Shown in pieces: positions 9,726 to 19,197 of a stretch of DNA of 47,665 nucleotides. Every line of letters starts with the position of its first letter. The first letter of the stretch is position 1. Source of the DNA: Acidobacteriota bacterium (GTDB lineage: Bacteria > Acidobacteriota > Vicinamibacteria > Vicinamibacterales > SCN-69-37); assembly GCA_044507065.1 (NCBI GenBank), contig JBIQJY010000015.1, positions 14,727-62,391 of the forward strand, given 5' to 3'. The position numbers were made by a program, and so were the translations under genes. The notes under the pieces were generated by a model, which was not told the origin of the DNA, made no database searches, and worked only from the letters and a program-made list of their open reading frames with translations.

Positions 9726-10808
9726 GTGATCCTTGTGTCCTTGACTCGAGAGCGCGACGGCGAAGCCGCGGCCCGGAAACTCCTCGACTTCCTGTCGACC
9801 CACAGGGAACGGCTGTCGCCGCTCCTGATCCTCACGCACGATTTCCCCGATCCCGACGCATTGGCGTCGGCGTGGGGCCTGCAGCATCTGGTCCGCGCGT
9901 TCGGCATCGAGGCGCGCGTGGTGCACGGCGGCGTCATCAGCCGCGCCGAGAACCGGGCCATGGTGAAGCTGCTGAAGCTGCCGGTGCGGCGCGTGAAGCC
10001 GGCGGATCTCAAGCGCCATCGCCACGTGGCGCTGGTCGACACGCAGCCGCGGTTCGAGAACAATCCGTTCCCGTCCGGGCGCAAGGCGACCATTGTCATC
10101 GATCAGCACAAGTCCGCTGTGGAGCCGCTGGCCGAGCTCTCGGTCATCGACGTGGACTGCGGCGCCACGTGTGTCATCGTCGCCGACGCGCTGCTGCTGC
10201 ATGAGGTCGAGATTCCCACGGCGCTCGCGACGGCCATCGTCTACGGCATCCTGTCGGACACGCTCGACCTGTACCGCGTCACCCGTCCCAGCGTGATTCG
10301 CACGTATCTCACGATCCTGCATCGCTGCGACATGCGCACGCTGGCCGAGATCCAGAATCCGCCGCGGTCGCGGCGATTCTTCACGACACTCGGACGGGGC
10401 ATCCAGACGGCCGCCGCTTACCGGCGTGTCATGGTGGCGCACCTGGGTGCGGTGTCCGGTCCGGAAGACGTGGCACAGGTGGCTGACTTCCTGCTCACCT
10501 ATGAGCGTGTCGACTGGAGCTTCTGCACGGGGCGTTCACGCGGCAGCCTCTACCTGTCGCTGCGGACCAACAAGCCGAACGGCCAGGCCAGCGACGTGCT
10601 GCGTCGTGTGGTCAACGATCCGGATGAGGCCGGCGGGCACGGTGGGGTGGCGGGCGGCAAGATCGCAATCCCGGCGGATGCCACCGAGGCCGACTGCGCC
10701 GCCCTCGAGCAGGGACTGCAGGTGCGGCTCGCCAAGCGCCTGCGACTGCCGGCCGCCGCCGAGTTCCGCCGCGTGTTCGTCTCGCCGACGCCCCACGGGC
10801 AGACGTGA
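9726..10808 (+). CDS. DHH/DHHA1 family phosphoesterase (NrnA-like)
   Basis: THDFPDPDA, LVDTQP, IDQH in place of DHH, GILSDT, LSLR and AGGHGGVAGG. Start is 9726 or 9735. Confidence 0.85.
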   Translation: MILVSLTRERDGEAAARKLLDFLSTHRERLSPLLILTHDFPDPDALASAWGLQHLVRAFGIEARVVHGGVISRAENRAMVKLLKLPVRRVKPADLKRHRHVALVDTQPRFENNPFPSGRKATIVIDQHKSAVEPLAELSVIDVDCGATCVIVADALLLHEVEIPTALATAIVYGILSDTLDLYRVTRPSVIRTYLTILHRCDMRTLAEIQNPPRSRRFFTTLGRGIQTAAAYRRVMVAHLGAVSGPEDVAQVADFLLTYERVDWSFCTGRSRGSLYLSLRTNKPNGQASDVLRRVVNDPDEAGGHGGVAGGKIAIPADATEADCAALEQGLQVRLAKRLRLPAAAEFRRVFVSPTPHGQT

Positions 10809-10847
10809 GCAGCCCTTCGCGATCTGCAAGATGCGACTCGAGCACCG

Positions 10848-11642
10848 TCACGCGCGGCGCGCGCCGAGCGCGTCGTACTCGGCGCGGATGAACTCGGGCG
10901 TGTAGGCGCGTTCCAGGCGACGGACGATGAAATGCCCGCGTGCCATGTCCTGGAAATGATCGATGAACAACACGTTGATGACGAGCCCGCCGGCTGCCCC
11001 GACGATGGGCACGGCCTGCGCGGCAATCTTCTGCGAGACGTTGGCGCCGAAGCGGGACGCGAGCTGCGCCAGCAGTCGCACGACGGCGGGAGCGCCCTGC
11101 TCGGCCAGCCCGCGCTGCGCCACGTACTGCGCCGCTTCCGAGATGGACCGGGCCAGCGCGGCGCGCACGAGGAAGTAGGAGGACTCCGCCGCGTCGTCGG
11201 CAGCGGTCGGCCCGCCAAGGGCGAACACCTCGAGACACGCCAGCCTGGCCTCGGCCGTCCGCAGCGCTTCGCCCTCGCTCCGCGCGATGTCGGCAATCGA
11301 GCGCAGCATGATCGTGGTGGAGACCGGCAGTTCGAGCGGAAGGCCGGCCAGGCCGAACGCGCCGCCGCCGGCGCCCGTGGCGGCCACGGCCACACGGTGC
11401 AGCGCGTCCCACGAGCGGGCGCGGGGGCGCTCATCGAGCGTGGTCATGGCAAGGTGCAGCGCCGCGTCGAGCGACTTGCGCGTGGCGCGCGCGACAACGT
11501 CGGACCATTTCTCCGGGAGCAGGTCGAACGCCTTTTCCACCGGCATGCCGATGGCACTCGTGATGCGCGCGGTCAGGCTCGGGCTCTCGAGCAACTGCCG
11601 GGCGTACTGCAGGGACTCGCGATCGGCGGGCGACAGAACCAC
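10848..11642 (-). CDS. EcsC family protein
   Basis: LLESPSL..G.PVEK, ATGAGGGAFG, ELPVSTTIMLRSIADIARSEG, QAVPIVGAAGG and HFIVRRLER; SD GGGAGG before GTG 11642. Confidence 0.85.
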   Translation of the reverse strand: MVLSPADRESLQYARQLLESPSLTARITSAIGMPVEKAFDLLPEKWSDVVARATRKSLDAALHLAMTTLDERPRARSWDALHRVAVAATGAGGGAFGLAGLPLELPVSTTIMLRSIADIARSEGEALRTAEARLACLEVFALGGPTAADDAAESSYFLVRAALARSISEAAQYVAQRGLAEQGAPAVVRLLAQLASRFGANVSQKIAAQAVPIVGAAGGLVINVLFIDHFQDMARGHFIVRRLERAYTPEFIRAEYDALGARRA

Positions 11643-11691
11643 GCGGCACCTCCCTGCGCTCCACTGTATCGTGCCGACAGGCCTGCGGCGC

Positions 11692-11720
11692 TTGACCCGG
11701 GACCGTCGAGTCGATACAAC
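11692..11720 (+). promoter_or_regulatory. sigma70-type promoter for the DUF6152 operon
   Basis: TTGACC-N17-TACAAC, 30 nt before the start codon. Confidence 0.55.
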
Positions 11721-11750
11721 GTGAAGATGCGTTCCCCGGGAGGTGTGGCG

Positions 11751-12119
11751 ATGACTCGAAGCATCAGGCGGCGTCTTGTGCTGGGCGCGCTGGCCCTGGC
11801 GATTGGCACGCCGGCGGTCTACGCGCACCACGGCTGGAGCGAGTACGACGAGAAGACACCGTTGACCGTCGTCGGCACGATCACCGAGTCGACCTACGCC
11901 AACCCGCACGGTGCCATCAAGCTGCGCGCGAACGACGGCGGCAAGGTATGGGACGTGGTGCTGGCGCCGGTCTCTCGCATGCGGACGCGCGGACTGACAG
12001 AGGCCATGCTCGAGCCGGGCACGGTGGCGACAGTCCTCGGCTACCAGCACCGGAAGGTTCAGACGGAGATGCGGGCCGAGAACATCACGGTCGACAAGAA
12101 GAAAGTCGAACTGCGCTGA
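11751..12119 (+). CDS. DUF6152 family exported protein
   Basis: Signal peptide ending AVYA, mature HHGWSEYD, GTI..YANPH and W.V.LAP; SD GGAGGT. Confidence 0.8.
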   Translation: MTRSIRRRLVLGALALAIGTPAVYAHHGWSEYDEKTPLTVVGTITESTYANPHGAIKLRANDGGKVWDVVLAPVSRMRTRGLTEAMLEPGTVATVLGYQHRKVQTEMRAENITVDKKKVELR

Positions 12120-12646
12120 TGCCCGGCGCGTGGCCGGTTCTCGCCCAGTCGAGCCTGGGCACCGCCTGGCTGGGCATGGCGGCCGCGGCCGAGCAATCGG
12201 GCCTCGCCATCTGGCTGCGCGGATCGACCTGGGGCTACCCGGCGGTCGAGACACTGCACATTTTCGGGCTGGCCGTACTGTTCGGCAGTGCGGTGGCCTT
12301 CGATCTGCGGCTGCTGGGCCTGTCGTCCAGGCTTCCGGTCGACGCGCTTGCGCGCTTCCTGCTGCCGTGCGCGCGCGCCGGGTTCGGCCTCGCCGTGCTT
12401 TCCGGCATCACGCTGTTCGCCATGCAGGCCACGACGTTCGCGAGCCAGCCGCTCTTCTACCTGAAGATGGGCACCATCGCGATTGCGGTACTGAACACGA
12501 CAATCTTCCACCGCGGCGTCTTCCGGTCGGTCGCGATCTGGAACTACAACCCGTATACTCCCGGCGCGGCCAAGGCGGCCGCGATTGTCTCGCTCCTCTG
12601 CTGGACGGGTGTGCTCGTCTGCGGCCGCTGGCTGGCGTATGTCTGA
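12119..12646 (+). CDS. DUF6644 family membrane protein
   Basis: WGYPAVETLHIFGLAVLFG, DLRLLG, FYLKM and SLLCWTGVLVCGRWLAY; four TM segments; TGATG coupling to the upstream gene. Confidence 0.8.
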   Translation: MPGAWPVLAQSSLGTAWLGMAAAAEQSGLAIWLRGSTWGYPAVETLHIFGLAVLFGSAVAFDLRLLGLSSRLPVDALARFLLPCARAGFGLAVLSGITLFAMQATTFASQPLFYLKMGTIAIAVLNTTIFHRGVFRSVAIWNYNPYTPGAAKAAAIVSLLCWTGVLVCGRWLAYV

Positions 12647-13655
12647 TGCAAAGCTCGATGTCCTGATCGTGGGTGCCGGCCCCGTCGGCCTGGCCTGCGC
12701 CATCGAAGCCGGACGTGCCGGGCTCGCCGCGCGCGTCATCGACAAGGGCACGCTCGTCAACTCGATCGTCGGCTACCCGGCGCGCATGGAGTTCTTCTCG
12801 ACCCCCGAGCTGATCGAGATTGGCGAGTATCCGTTTCCGGTCCCGCGGTACAAGCCGACGCGTGAGGACGGCATCGAGTATTACCGCGGCGTGGCCGCGC
12901 GCGAGGCCCTCGACGTCCGTCTCTACGAGCGGGTGCTCGAGGTGCGGGGACCGCGCGGCGATTTCACCGTCGTCACCGACAAGGGCGAGCACGCCGCCCG
13001 GACCGTTGTCATTGCGATTGGATTCTTCGATCGGCCGAACCTCATGGGCGTGCCGGGTGAGGATCTGCCGAAGGTGACGCACTACTATCGCGAGCCGTAC
13101 GCTTACGTCCGGCAGCGCGTGGCGGTGATTGGCGCGAAGAATTCGGCGGCCAAGGCCGCGCTCGATTGCTATCGTCACGGCGCCGACGTCACGCTCATCG
13201 TCCGGCGGTCGGCGTTGTCGGACAGCATCAAGTACTGGATTCGGCCCGACCTCGAGAATCGCATCAAGGAGGGCAGTATCCGCCCGTACTTCGACACGTC
13301 GGTCGAGGAGATTCGCGACGGGTCGCTCCGCCTGCGGACGCCGGAGGGCCAGCTCGAGATCCCGAACGACTGGGTGCTGGCCATGACGGGGTACCACCCC
13401 GACTACACGTTCCTCGAGAACCTCGGCATCACGTTTGCGGACGACTGGTGCCGCACGCCCATTTTCGACGCCACCACGTTCGAGACGGCGCGATCGGGTG
13501 TGTATCTGGCCGGGACGGTGTGTGGCGGCTACCAGACGAACCGCTGGTTCATCGAGAACGGCCGCTTCCACGCCAGGCAGATTGCCGCCCACGTCGCGAA
13601 GGGCCGCGCCGAGCCCGTTGCACTCGAGGGCGTGCGCTGGAAAACGGAGGAATAG
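12639..13655 (+). CDS. ypdA: YpdA family putative bacillithiol disulfide reductase
   Basis: IVGAGPVG, FFSTPELIEIG, KPTREDGIEYYR, HYYREPY, IKYWIRPDLENRIKEG and FIENGRFH. Confidence 0.9.
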   Translation: MSDAKLDVLIVGAGPVGLACAIEAGRAGLAARVIDKGTLVNSIVGYPARMEFFSTPELIEIGEYPFPVPRYKPTREDGIEYYRGVAAREALDVRLYERVLEVRGPRGDFTVVTDKGEHAARTVVIAIGFFDRPNLMGVPGEDLPKVTHYYREPYAYVRQRVAVIGAKNSAAKAALDCYRHGADVTLIVRRSALSDSIKYWIRPDLENRIKEGSIRPYFDTSVEEIRDGSLRLRTPEGQLEIPNDWVLAMTGYHPDYTFLENLGITFADDWCRTPIFDATTFETARSGVYLAGTVCGGYQTNRWFIENGRFHARQIAAHVAKGRAEPVALEGVRWKTEE

Positions 13656-13656
13656 C

Positions 13657-13691
13657 CGGTCCCGGCCATGCCGGCCGCACGGCCGGGACCG
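13657..13691. terminator. Stem-loop between convergent genes
   Basis: CGGTCCCGGCC-N13-GGCCGGGACCG, a perfect 11-bp stem. Confidence 0.6.
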
Positions 13692-13698
13692 CGGTGTG

Positions 13699-14916
13699 CT
13701 ACTTCGGCGTCAGGCGGAACAGGCCCCCGGGGTTGGCATCCTCGATCACCCACACGGCGCCGTCGGGCGCGACGGCCACGTCGCGGATGCGGTGCGAGAC
13801 GGCCCAGCGTTCGGCCGGCGTGGCGCCGCCCTGACCGTCGAACGTCACGCGGCTCAGCGACTCCGACACCATGCCACCGATGAGGGCCGATCCGCGCCAC
13901 TGCGGGAACAGCGCGCCGTCGTAGAACACGAAGTTGCCCGGCGCGATGACGGGCGTCCAGTAGATGACCGGCTTGGTCAGGTCGGGACGCGTGTCTGGAT
14001 GCGGGATGGGCACGCCGTTGTAGTTGGTGGCGTAGGCGACAAGCGGCCACCCGTAGTTGTTGCCGGGTTCGATCAGGTTCAGTTCATCGCCGCCGCGCGG
14101 CCCATGCTCCAGTTCCCACAGCCGGCCGTCCGGAGCGAAGGCGAGGCCGTACGGCGTGCGGTGGCCCGTGGTCCACGTTTCGGCCGGCGCGAGGTTCGGC
14201 CCGGGTAGCGTGTACGTGCTGATGACCGGCGCAGTCTTTGCCACCTCGGTGTCGCTTGGCGGGTCGATGAGCGGCCGCGTCGCCGCGCCAGTCCGTCCCG
14301 CCATGGGATTGCCGGGCGCCGGCTTGCCGTCGAGCGTCAGGCGCAGGATCTTGCCGAGTGGCGTGTCGGGATCCTGCGCGGGCGTCATGCGCTGGCGTTC
14401 GCCAACGCTCAGGAAAAGGTGCTGGCCGTCGGGCGAGAACGCGACGGCCGCGCCAAACTGTCCGCCGCGGCCCTTCGGCATGTCGCGCCACAGCACCTCG
14501 AGGCCGTCGAGGCTCACCGTGGCGCCAGTCGTCAGGCGCGCACGCGCGAGCGCCAGACTCGAGCCGCCATCGCCTGGCTCGGCATAGGTCAGGTAGATGC
14601 GCTGGTCGGCGGCGTAGGTGGGCGACAGGTACACGCCGAGCATTCCGCCCTGTCCCTGGTGCAGGACGGCCGGCACGTTGGTGACCGGCGTCTTCTGCCC
14701 TTCCTGCGTCACGAGCCAGAGGGCACCGGGCTTCTCGGTGATGAGCATCCGGCCATCGGGCAGAAACGCAATGCGCCACGGCAGGTTGAACGTGGCGACC
14801 TGGGTCATCGTGAACGGCAACGCGGGCTCGGGAGCCTTCGTGCCGGCGTTGATCTGCGCCCGCGCCGGGACCGCCACGAGCATCAGCAGCAGGACCGAAC
14901 TCGACAGCATTCTCAT
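13699..14916 (-). CDS. PQQ-dependent sugar dehydrogenase (glucose/sorbosone dehydrogenase family)
   Basis: Signal peptide, PWRIAFLPDG, GQGGMLGV, GKILRL, GHRTPYGL, EHGPRGGDELN, NYGWP and RIRDV; SD GGAGG before ATG 14916. Confidence 0.92.
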   Translation of the reverse strand: MRMLSSSVLLLMLVAVPARAQINAGTKAPEPALPFTMTQVATFNLPWRIAFLPDGRMLITEKPGALWLVTQEGQKTPVTNVPAVLHQGQGGMLGVYLSPTYAADQRIYLTYAEPGDGGSSLALARARLTTGATVSLDGLEVLWRDMPKGRGGQFGAAVAFSPDGQHLFLSVGERQRMTPAQDPDTPLGKILRLTLDGKPAPGNPMAGRTGAATRPLIDPPSDTEVAKTAPVISTYTLPGPNLAPAETWTTGHRTPYGLAFAPDGRLWELEHGPRGGDELNLIEPGNNYGWPLVAYATNYNGVPIPHPDTRPDLTKPVIYWTPVIAPGNFVFYDGALFPQWRGSALIGGMVSESLSRVTFDGQGGATPAERWAVSHRIRDVAVAPDGAVWVIEDANPGGLFRLTPK

Positions 14917-15087
14917 CGGTGTGCCTCCGGGGAGCACTCTCAACGGTATGCCACCCGGGCGGGGCGAATCCAGCGTGGCGGGGCCGCGCTCGGCGTCACT
15001 GGCCCGTTTCTGGGCATCGGCGGGGTCACCGCCGTCTACGCGTCGCGTCATCTGTGCACTCCGCCGCGCGACAACGGTCCGATGTGC

Positions 15088-15103
15088 TGGCACTGGATAT
15101 GCG
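15088..15103 (+). promoter_or_regulatory. sigma54 (-24/-12) promoter candidate
   Basis: TGGCACTGGATATGCG against consensus TGGCACG-N4-TTGCW, 45 nt before the iron-permease-family start. Confidence 0.5.
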
Positions 15104-15148
15104 TCGTGAAACGGCGGCACGCCGACGGCGGCGTGCCGGGGCCATGGG

Positions 15149-15544
15149 ATGAGACCGACCAGGACGCGTTCGCACTTCACGCGGTTCGCCAAGTGGACGG
15201 CCCGCGCCGCCGGGCGTCCCGCCACCTTCATCGGCGCCTCGGTGCTGATTGTCGCGTGGGCGGCCTCCGGTCCGCTCTTCGGCTTCAGCGACACGTGGCA
15301 GCTCGTCGTCAACACCAGCACCACCATCGTGACGTTCCTGATGGTCTTCCTGATTCAAAGCACGCAGAATCGGGACTCCGAGGCGGTGCAGGTCAAGCTC
15401 GACGAGATCATCCGCGCCATCGGTCACGCGAAGAACGAACTGCTCGATCTCGAAGAGCTCGAGGAAGACGAACTGGACGAGATCAGGCGGTCGTACCAGG
15501 ACCTGGCGCGACGAGCACGGGACGCGAGCCGTCAGAAACGGTAG
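15149..15544 (+). CDS. Low-affinity iron permease family protein (Fet4-like small membrane protein)
   Basis: WAASGPLFGFSDTWQLVVNTSTTIVTFLMVFLIQSTQNRD and KLDEII. Confidence 0.92.
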   Translation: MRPTRTRSHFTRFAKWTARAAGRPATFIGASVLIVAWAASGPLFGFSDTWQLVVNTSTTIVTFLMVFLIQSTQNRDSEAVQVKLDEIIRAIGHAKNELLDLEELEEDELDEIRRSYQDLARRARDASRQKR

Positions 15545-18066
15545 CGAAGCCCGAACGACGGCAGGAGCGGCAGGCGGCCGCTCCTGACAACCGTCAGCTT
15601 CGGCCTGTCGGACGTCGGGTCGTAGACCAGCTCGGTCTCGAGCGCGCTCGCGTTGTCGCGATTGAGCAGATTGATGACTTCGACGTAGATTTGCCAGCGG
15701 TCGCTCGACCACCGCGGTCGGAACGTCACGCGTGCATCGACGCGCGCGAACACCGGCAGCCGCGAGGTGTTGAGGTTGGACGTGTCGCCGAAGTCTGGCA
15801 CCCAGATCGGCAGGCCCATCGAATCGTACGCGGGCACGAAACGCGAAGGCTGTCCGTCGACCGCGGGCGGGATCTCCGTCGCCGCGGGACGCACGGCAAG
15901 TGCCGGTGTGTAGGGGAACCCGGACTGTGCGCGCACCGTGGCTGCGACTTCGATGAGTCGCGTGGCGCGATAGCTTGCCACCACACTCAGCGCGTGCGGG
16001 CGGTCGTAGTCGGCCGCGAACGTCCGACCATAGGCCGTGGTCTCCGCGCGGCCCCAGGTGTAGGCGAGCCAGCCGGTCAGCCGCGTCGCGGCCGATGTGG
16101 CCCGGCGCGCCGCGTACACCTCGACGCCATACGACCGGCCAGTGCCGCCGTTGGACGGCAGGCTCGTGATCTGCGGCGACGAGGGAACGCCGGAGGACAG
16201 CTCGCCCGGAAAATCGTAGGCCGCCGCACGGGCCGCCAGTTCGTCCGGTGTTTCGAGCCGCCCCAGCACGAGCCGGTCGAAGTCCTTGTAGTAACCCTCG
16301 AACCGCACGATGGTCCCGGGCGCGACGTTCTGCTCGAGCGACGCCAGCGCGTGCCACGCGCGCTCGCTCCGCAGCGACACGCCGTCGACATTCGACAGAT
16401 CCACGAAGTAATCGGATTGCAGCAGCTTCTCGTAGCCGGGGCTCTGCGTGAAGAGTCCCCCGGCTATGCGAAGCCTCGTGCGCGCGGCCACATCCGCGAT
16501 GAACGCGATCCGCGGCGACACGCTGGTATCGCCGGCGAGACCGCTCCAGTCGACGCGAACGCCCGGTTCGAGGTGAAGTCGCGGCGTCAGCGTCCAGCGG
16601 TCGGCCATCCATGCGCCCGTGCGCCGACTGCCGCGCCTCGAGTCGAGGTCGGACGGCAGTCCGGCGCCTCCCTGACCACTCGATCCGTTGGCCGCGCTGA
16701 AGTTGCGGTCGCCGGGAATGGACCATCGCCACCCGGTGTCGAGCCCGTGCGTCTCGACGCCGGCCTCGACCGCATGCCGCGCCCCGGCGTTGAACGCCAG
16801 TTCCTGCCGAACCGCCATGTCGCGGATCGACAGCGCCCGCGTGAAAACCACGCTCGCGAGTGGCTTGCCGTCGTCGCCCGGTGCGTTGGAGCGACGACCT
16901 CGCGTGCGGAAGTCGCCGTCGAAGTCGATCGACTCCCGGTTCCGGTACCACGACACCGTCGATGTCGAGAGCACGCGGCCGCCGATGGTCGACGCGAAGG
17001 TGGCCGCCCCCACGTCGTTGAAGGTCGATGTCTGCAGCCGCAGCCGCTCGTCCTCGTTCTCATCGTCGGAGAACTCGGCGTCGGTGCTCTCGCGGCTGCT
17101 CAGGCCGAAGACGGTCAGCCGCTGCCCCGGCCGGATCTGGATGTCGGCCCGGAACTGGAGATCGGCAAATGACGGCAGATCGGCGTCGACGATGCGCTCG
17201 GCCACCAGGTCGTAGTACGTGCGGCGCCCCGTCACGAGCCACGAACTGCCATTCATCCCCGGCAGCCGGCCTTCGGCCACCAGGTTGCCATCGGTCAGGG
17301 CCAGTGCGGCCGTCGCGGCCAGCGGCCGTGCCGTCGTGCCCGGACGATTCTCGACCACGAGGATTGAGGACAGGCGGTCGCCGTACTTCGCGCTGAAACC
17401 ACCCGTGATCAGTTCGAAGCTCTCGACGGTTTCGGGGTTGAAGGCACTCGTCAGGCCGAAGAGCCGATAGGGATTGTGGATCTCGACCCCATCCATCACG
17501 GTGAGGTTCTGATCCGGCCCGCCACCGCGCACCGTCAGGCGGCTGTCGAAGTCGTTGACGGCGCTCACGCCCGGCAGTGTCTGCAGCACACGGTAGATGT
17601 TCTCGGCCGCGCCGGCGACGCCGCGCACGGCCATCGGTGGAATCTCGATGGTCGACGGCAGGGCCTGCGGCGCGAGTCGATCGGCGCCAACCGAGACGAC
17701 CTCGTTGATGCCGGGCACGCGCAGCTCGAGGATCACCGACCCCGAAGACCCGGGCGCGAGGACGATGTCGGGAATGACGGCCGGCAGCAGGCCGGGGTGT
17801 TCGGCGACGATGGCGTAGCGGCCGGGCGTCAGCGATGCGAGAGCGAAGCGCCCCTCGGCGTCAGCCCGTGTGCGCGTGACTGCGCCGTCGATCGCGGCCG
17901 TGAGGATCACGTCCGCGCCGGGCAATGCCGCACCGGTGACGTCCCGGACCGTGCCCGACAGTGCGGCGGGAGCCGCCTGGGCGAACGCAGGCGCGGCCCA
18001 GGGCCCGAAGCCGACCAGACACGCTGACAACAGGACACCGACAATCGATGCGCACACACGGATCAT
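15532..18066 (-). CDS. TonB-dependent receptor with N-terminal carboxypeptidase regulatory-like domain
   Basis: Signal peptide, plug LQTLPGV..VRGGGPDQN..DG, GGFSAKYGDRLSS, beta-barrel pattern and terminal LRYRF. Start is ATG 18066 (or TTG 18075). Confidence 0.9.
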   Translation of the reverse strand: MIRVCASIVGVLLSACLVGFGPWAAPAFAQAAPAALSGTVRDVTGAALPGADVILTAAIDGAVTRTRADAEGRFALASLTPGRYAIVAEHPGLLPAVIPDIVLAPGSSGSVILELRVPGINEVVSVGADRLAPQALPSTIEIPPMAVRGVAGAAENIYRVLQTLPGVSAVNDFDSRLTVRGGGPDQNLTVMDGVEIHNPYRLFGLTSAFNPETVESFELITGGFSAKYGDRLSSILVVENRPGTTARPLAATAALALTDGNLVAEGRLPGMNGSSWLVTGRRTYYDLVAERIVDADLPSFADLQFRADIQIRPGQRLTVFGLSSRESTDAEFSDDENEDERLRLQTSTFNDVGAATFASTIGGRVLSTSTVSWYRNRESIDFDGDFRTRGRRSNAPGDDGKPLASVVFTRALSIRDMAVRQELAFNAGARHAVEAGVETHGLDTGWRWSIPGDRNFSAANGSSGQGGAGLPSDLDSRRGSRRTGAWMADRWTLTPRLHLEPGVRVDWSGLAGDTSVSPRIAFIADVAARTRLRIAGGLFTQSPGYEKLLQSDYFVDLSNVDGVSLRSERAWHALASLEQNVAPGTIVRFEGYYKDFDRLVLGRLETPDELAARAAAYDFPGELSSGVPSSPQITSLPSNGGTGRSYGVEVYAARRATSAATRLTGWLAYTWGRAETTAYGRTFAADYDRPHALSVVASYRATRLIEVAATVRAQSGFPYTPALAVRPAATEIPPAVDGQPSRFVPAYDSMGLPIWVPDFGDTSNLNTSRLPVFARVDARVTFRPRWSSDRWQIYVEVINLLNRDNASALETELVYDPTSDRPKLTVVRSGRLPLLPSFGLRYRF

Positions 18067-18078
18067 GGGATTCAACGG

Positions 18079-19164
18079 TCATCGACCGATCGCGACGGTC
18101 ACGGGACGCTGCAGAAATGCGGCATACCGGTCGACTTCCGAGCGTATCGCCTTGTGCACCGGTCGCGCCAGCGGACCCCATGAGGTGATCGTCACGCTGG
18201 TGGCTGCCGCACCGTGCGTCACTTTCCACCCACCCTCGACCCGCCCGTCGACGACCAGCTGATGCTCGAACACGGTTGGCGCCATCGTGACCTTCCGTGC
18301 GGCTGACGACGCCACCCAGTCCCGATCCTTGAAGGCAATCAGGAACTCGTCGTAGATCGGCAACAGGCGGACGACCGGGTGGGCGGGCCGGACGGCCGCC
18401 GGAGTTGCGTCGGCCGCCTGCCAGTAGGTCTTGTCATCGATCTGCCTGGACGTCAGCCGCCGTCCGAGCGAATCGATTCCGGCCCGGGCCTGCGCCGCCG
18501 TCAGTCCCGACCACCAGACGAAGTCCCGAATCGTCGCGGGACCGCGGCTGGTGAAGTAGCGTCGCGTGAGTTCGGACAGTGCTTCCTCGCGGGTGAACCC
18601 GGAGGAAGGCTCGACACGTTCATCGACCAGTGCGTAGGTGAACTGCCGGCCGCGCCTCGGGCCGCTGCAGATGATGCCCTCCAGCTCGGCGTGCATCACC
18701 ATGCACGCCAGCGCCTGGCCGGTGACCGGCAGGCGTGCCCGCCGCAGGGCTTCAGCCAGTTCGGTGCGCGTCAGGTGCCGCGCGCCCTCGAGGGCGCGCG
18801 CGATGACGTCGGATCCGCGCAGCCTCGTTTTCGGATCGAGCCCGGCCGTGCGGTATGAGTAGCCGTTGGCCGCGTGGACGCGGGGTGCGCTGAGCGCGAG
18901 GATCCAGCGGATGTCGGCCGGCGCGACGAAGTGCCACGTCGGCCGCAGCACGTGTGTCCTGAGGATGCGGCCCTCATCGAATGCCTGCTCGATGGCGGCG
19001 TCGGTGGCCGACGCCATCCGCTGCGCCAGCCCCCATCGGGCCGGGCCGTACTCCTGCGCCTGCACGGCGCCCAGCCACGAGACGACCGCTTCGGGACGCG
19101 TCAACGTGGAATCGACGAGGCGCTGGTTGACGAGGCGCGCGGCGATGCCTTCGATGCGTGACAT
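18079..19164 (-). CDS. AlkZ-like HTH_42 DNA glycosylase (winged-helix superfamily)
   Basis: GAVQAQ catalytic motif, RTHVLRPTWH, RGPATIRDFVWWSGL, LLPIYDEF and VDGRVEGGW. Confidence 0.88.
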   Translation of the reverse strand: MSRIEGIAARLVNQRLVDSTLTRPEAVVSWLGAVQAQEYGPARWGLAQRMASATDAAIEQAFDEGRILRTHVLRPTWHFVAPADIRWILALSAPRVHAANGYSYRTAGLDPKTRLRGSDVIARALEGARHLTRTELAEALRRARLPVTGQALACMVMHAELEGIICSGPRRGRQFTYALVDERVEPSSGFTREEALSELTRRYFTSRGPATIRDFVWWSGLTAAQARAGIDSLGRRLTSRQIDDKTYWQAADATPAAVRPAHPVVRLLPIYDEFLIAFKDRDWVASSAARKVTMAPTVFEHQLVVDGRVEGGWKVTHGAAATSVTITSWGPLARPVHKAIRSEVDRYAAFLQRPVTVAIGR

Positions 19165-19197
19165 GGGGACGTCGCTCGCGAACGCCGGGGAAGGCCG

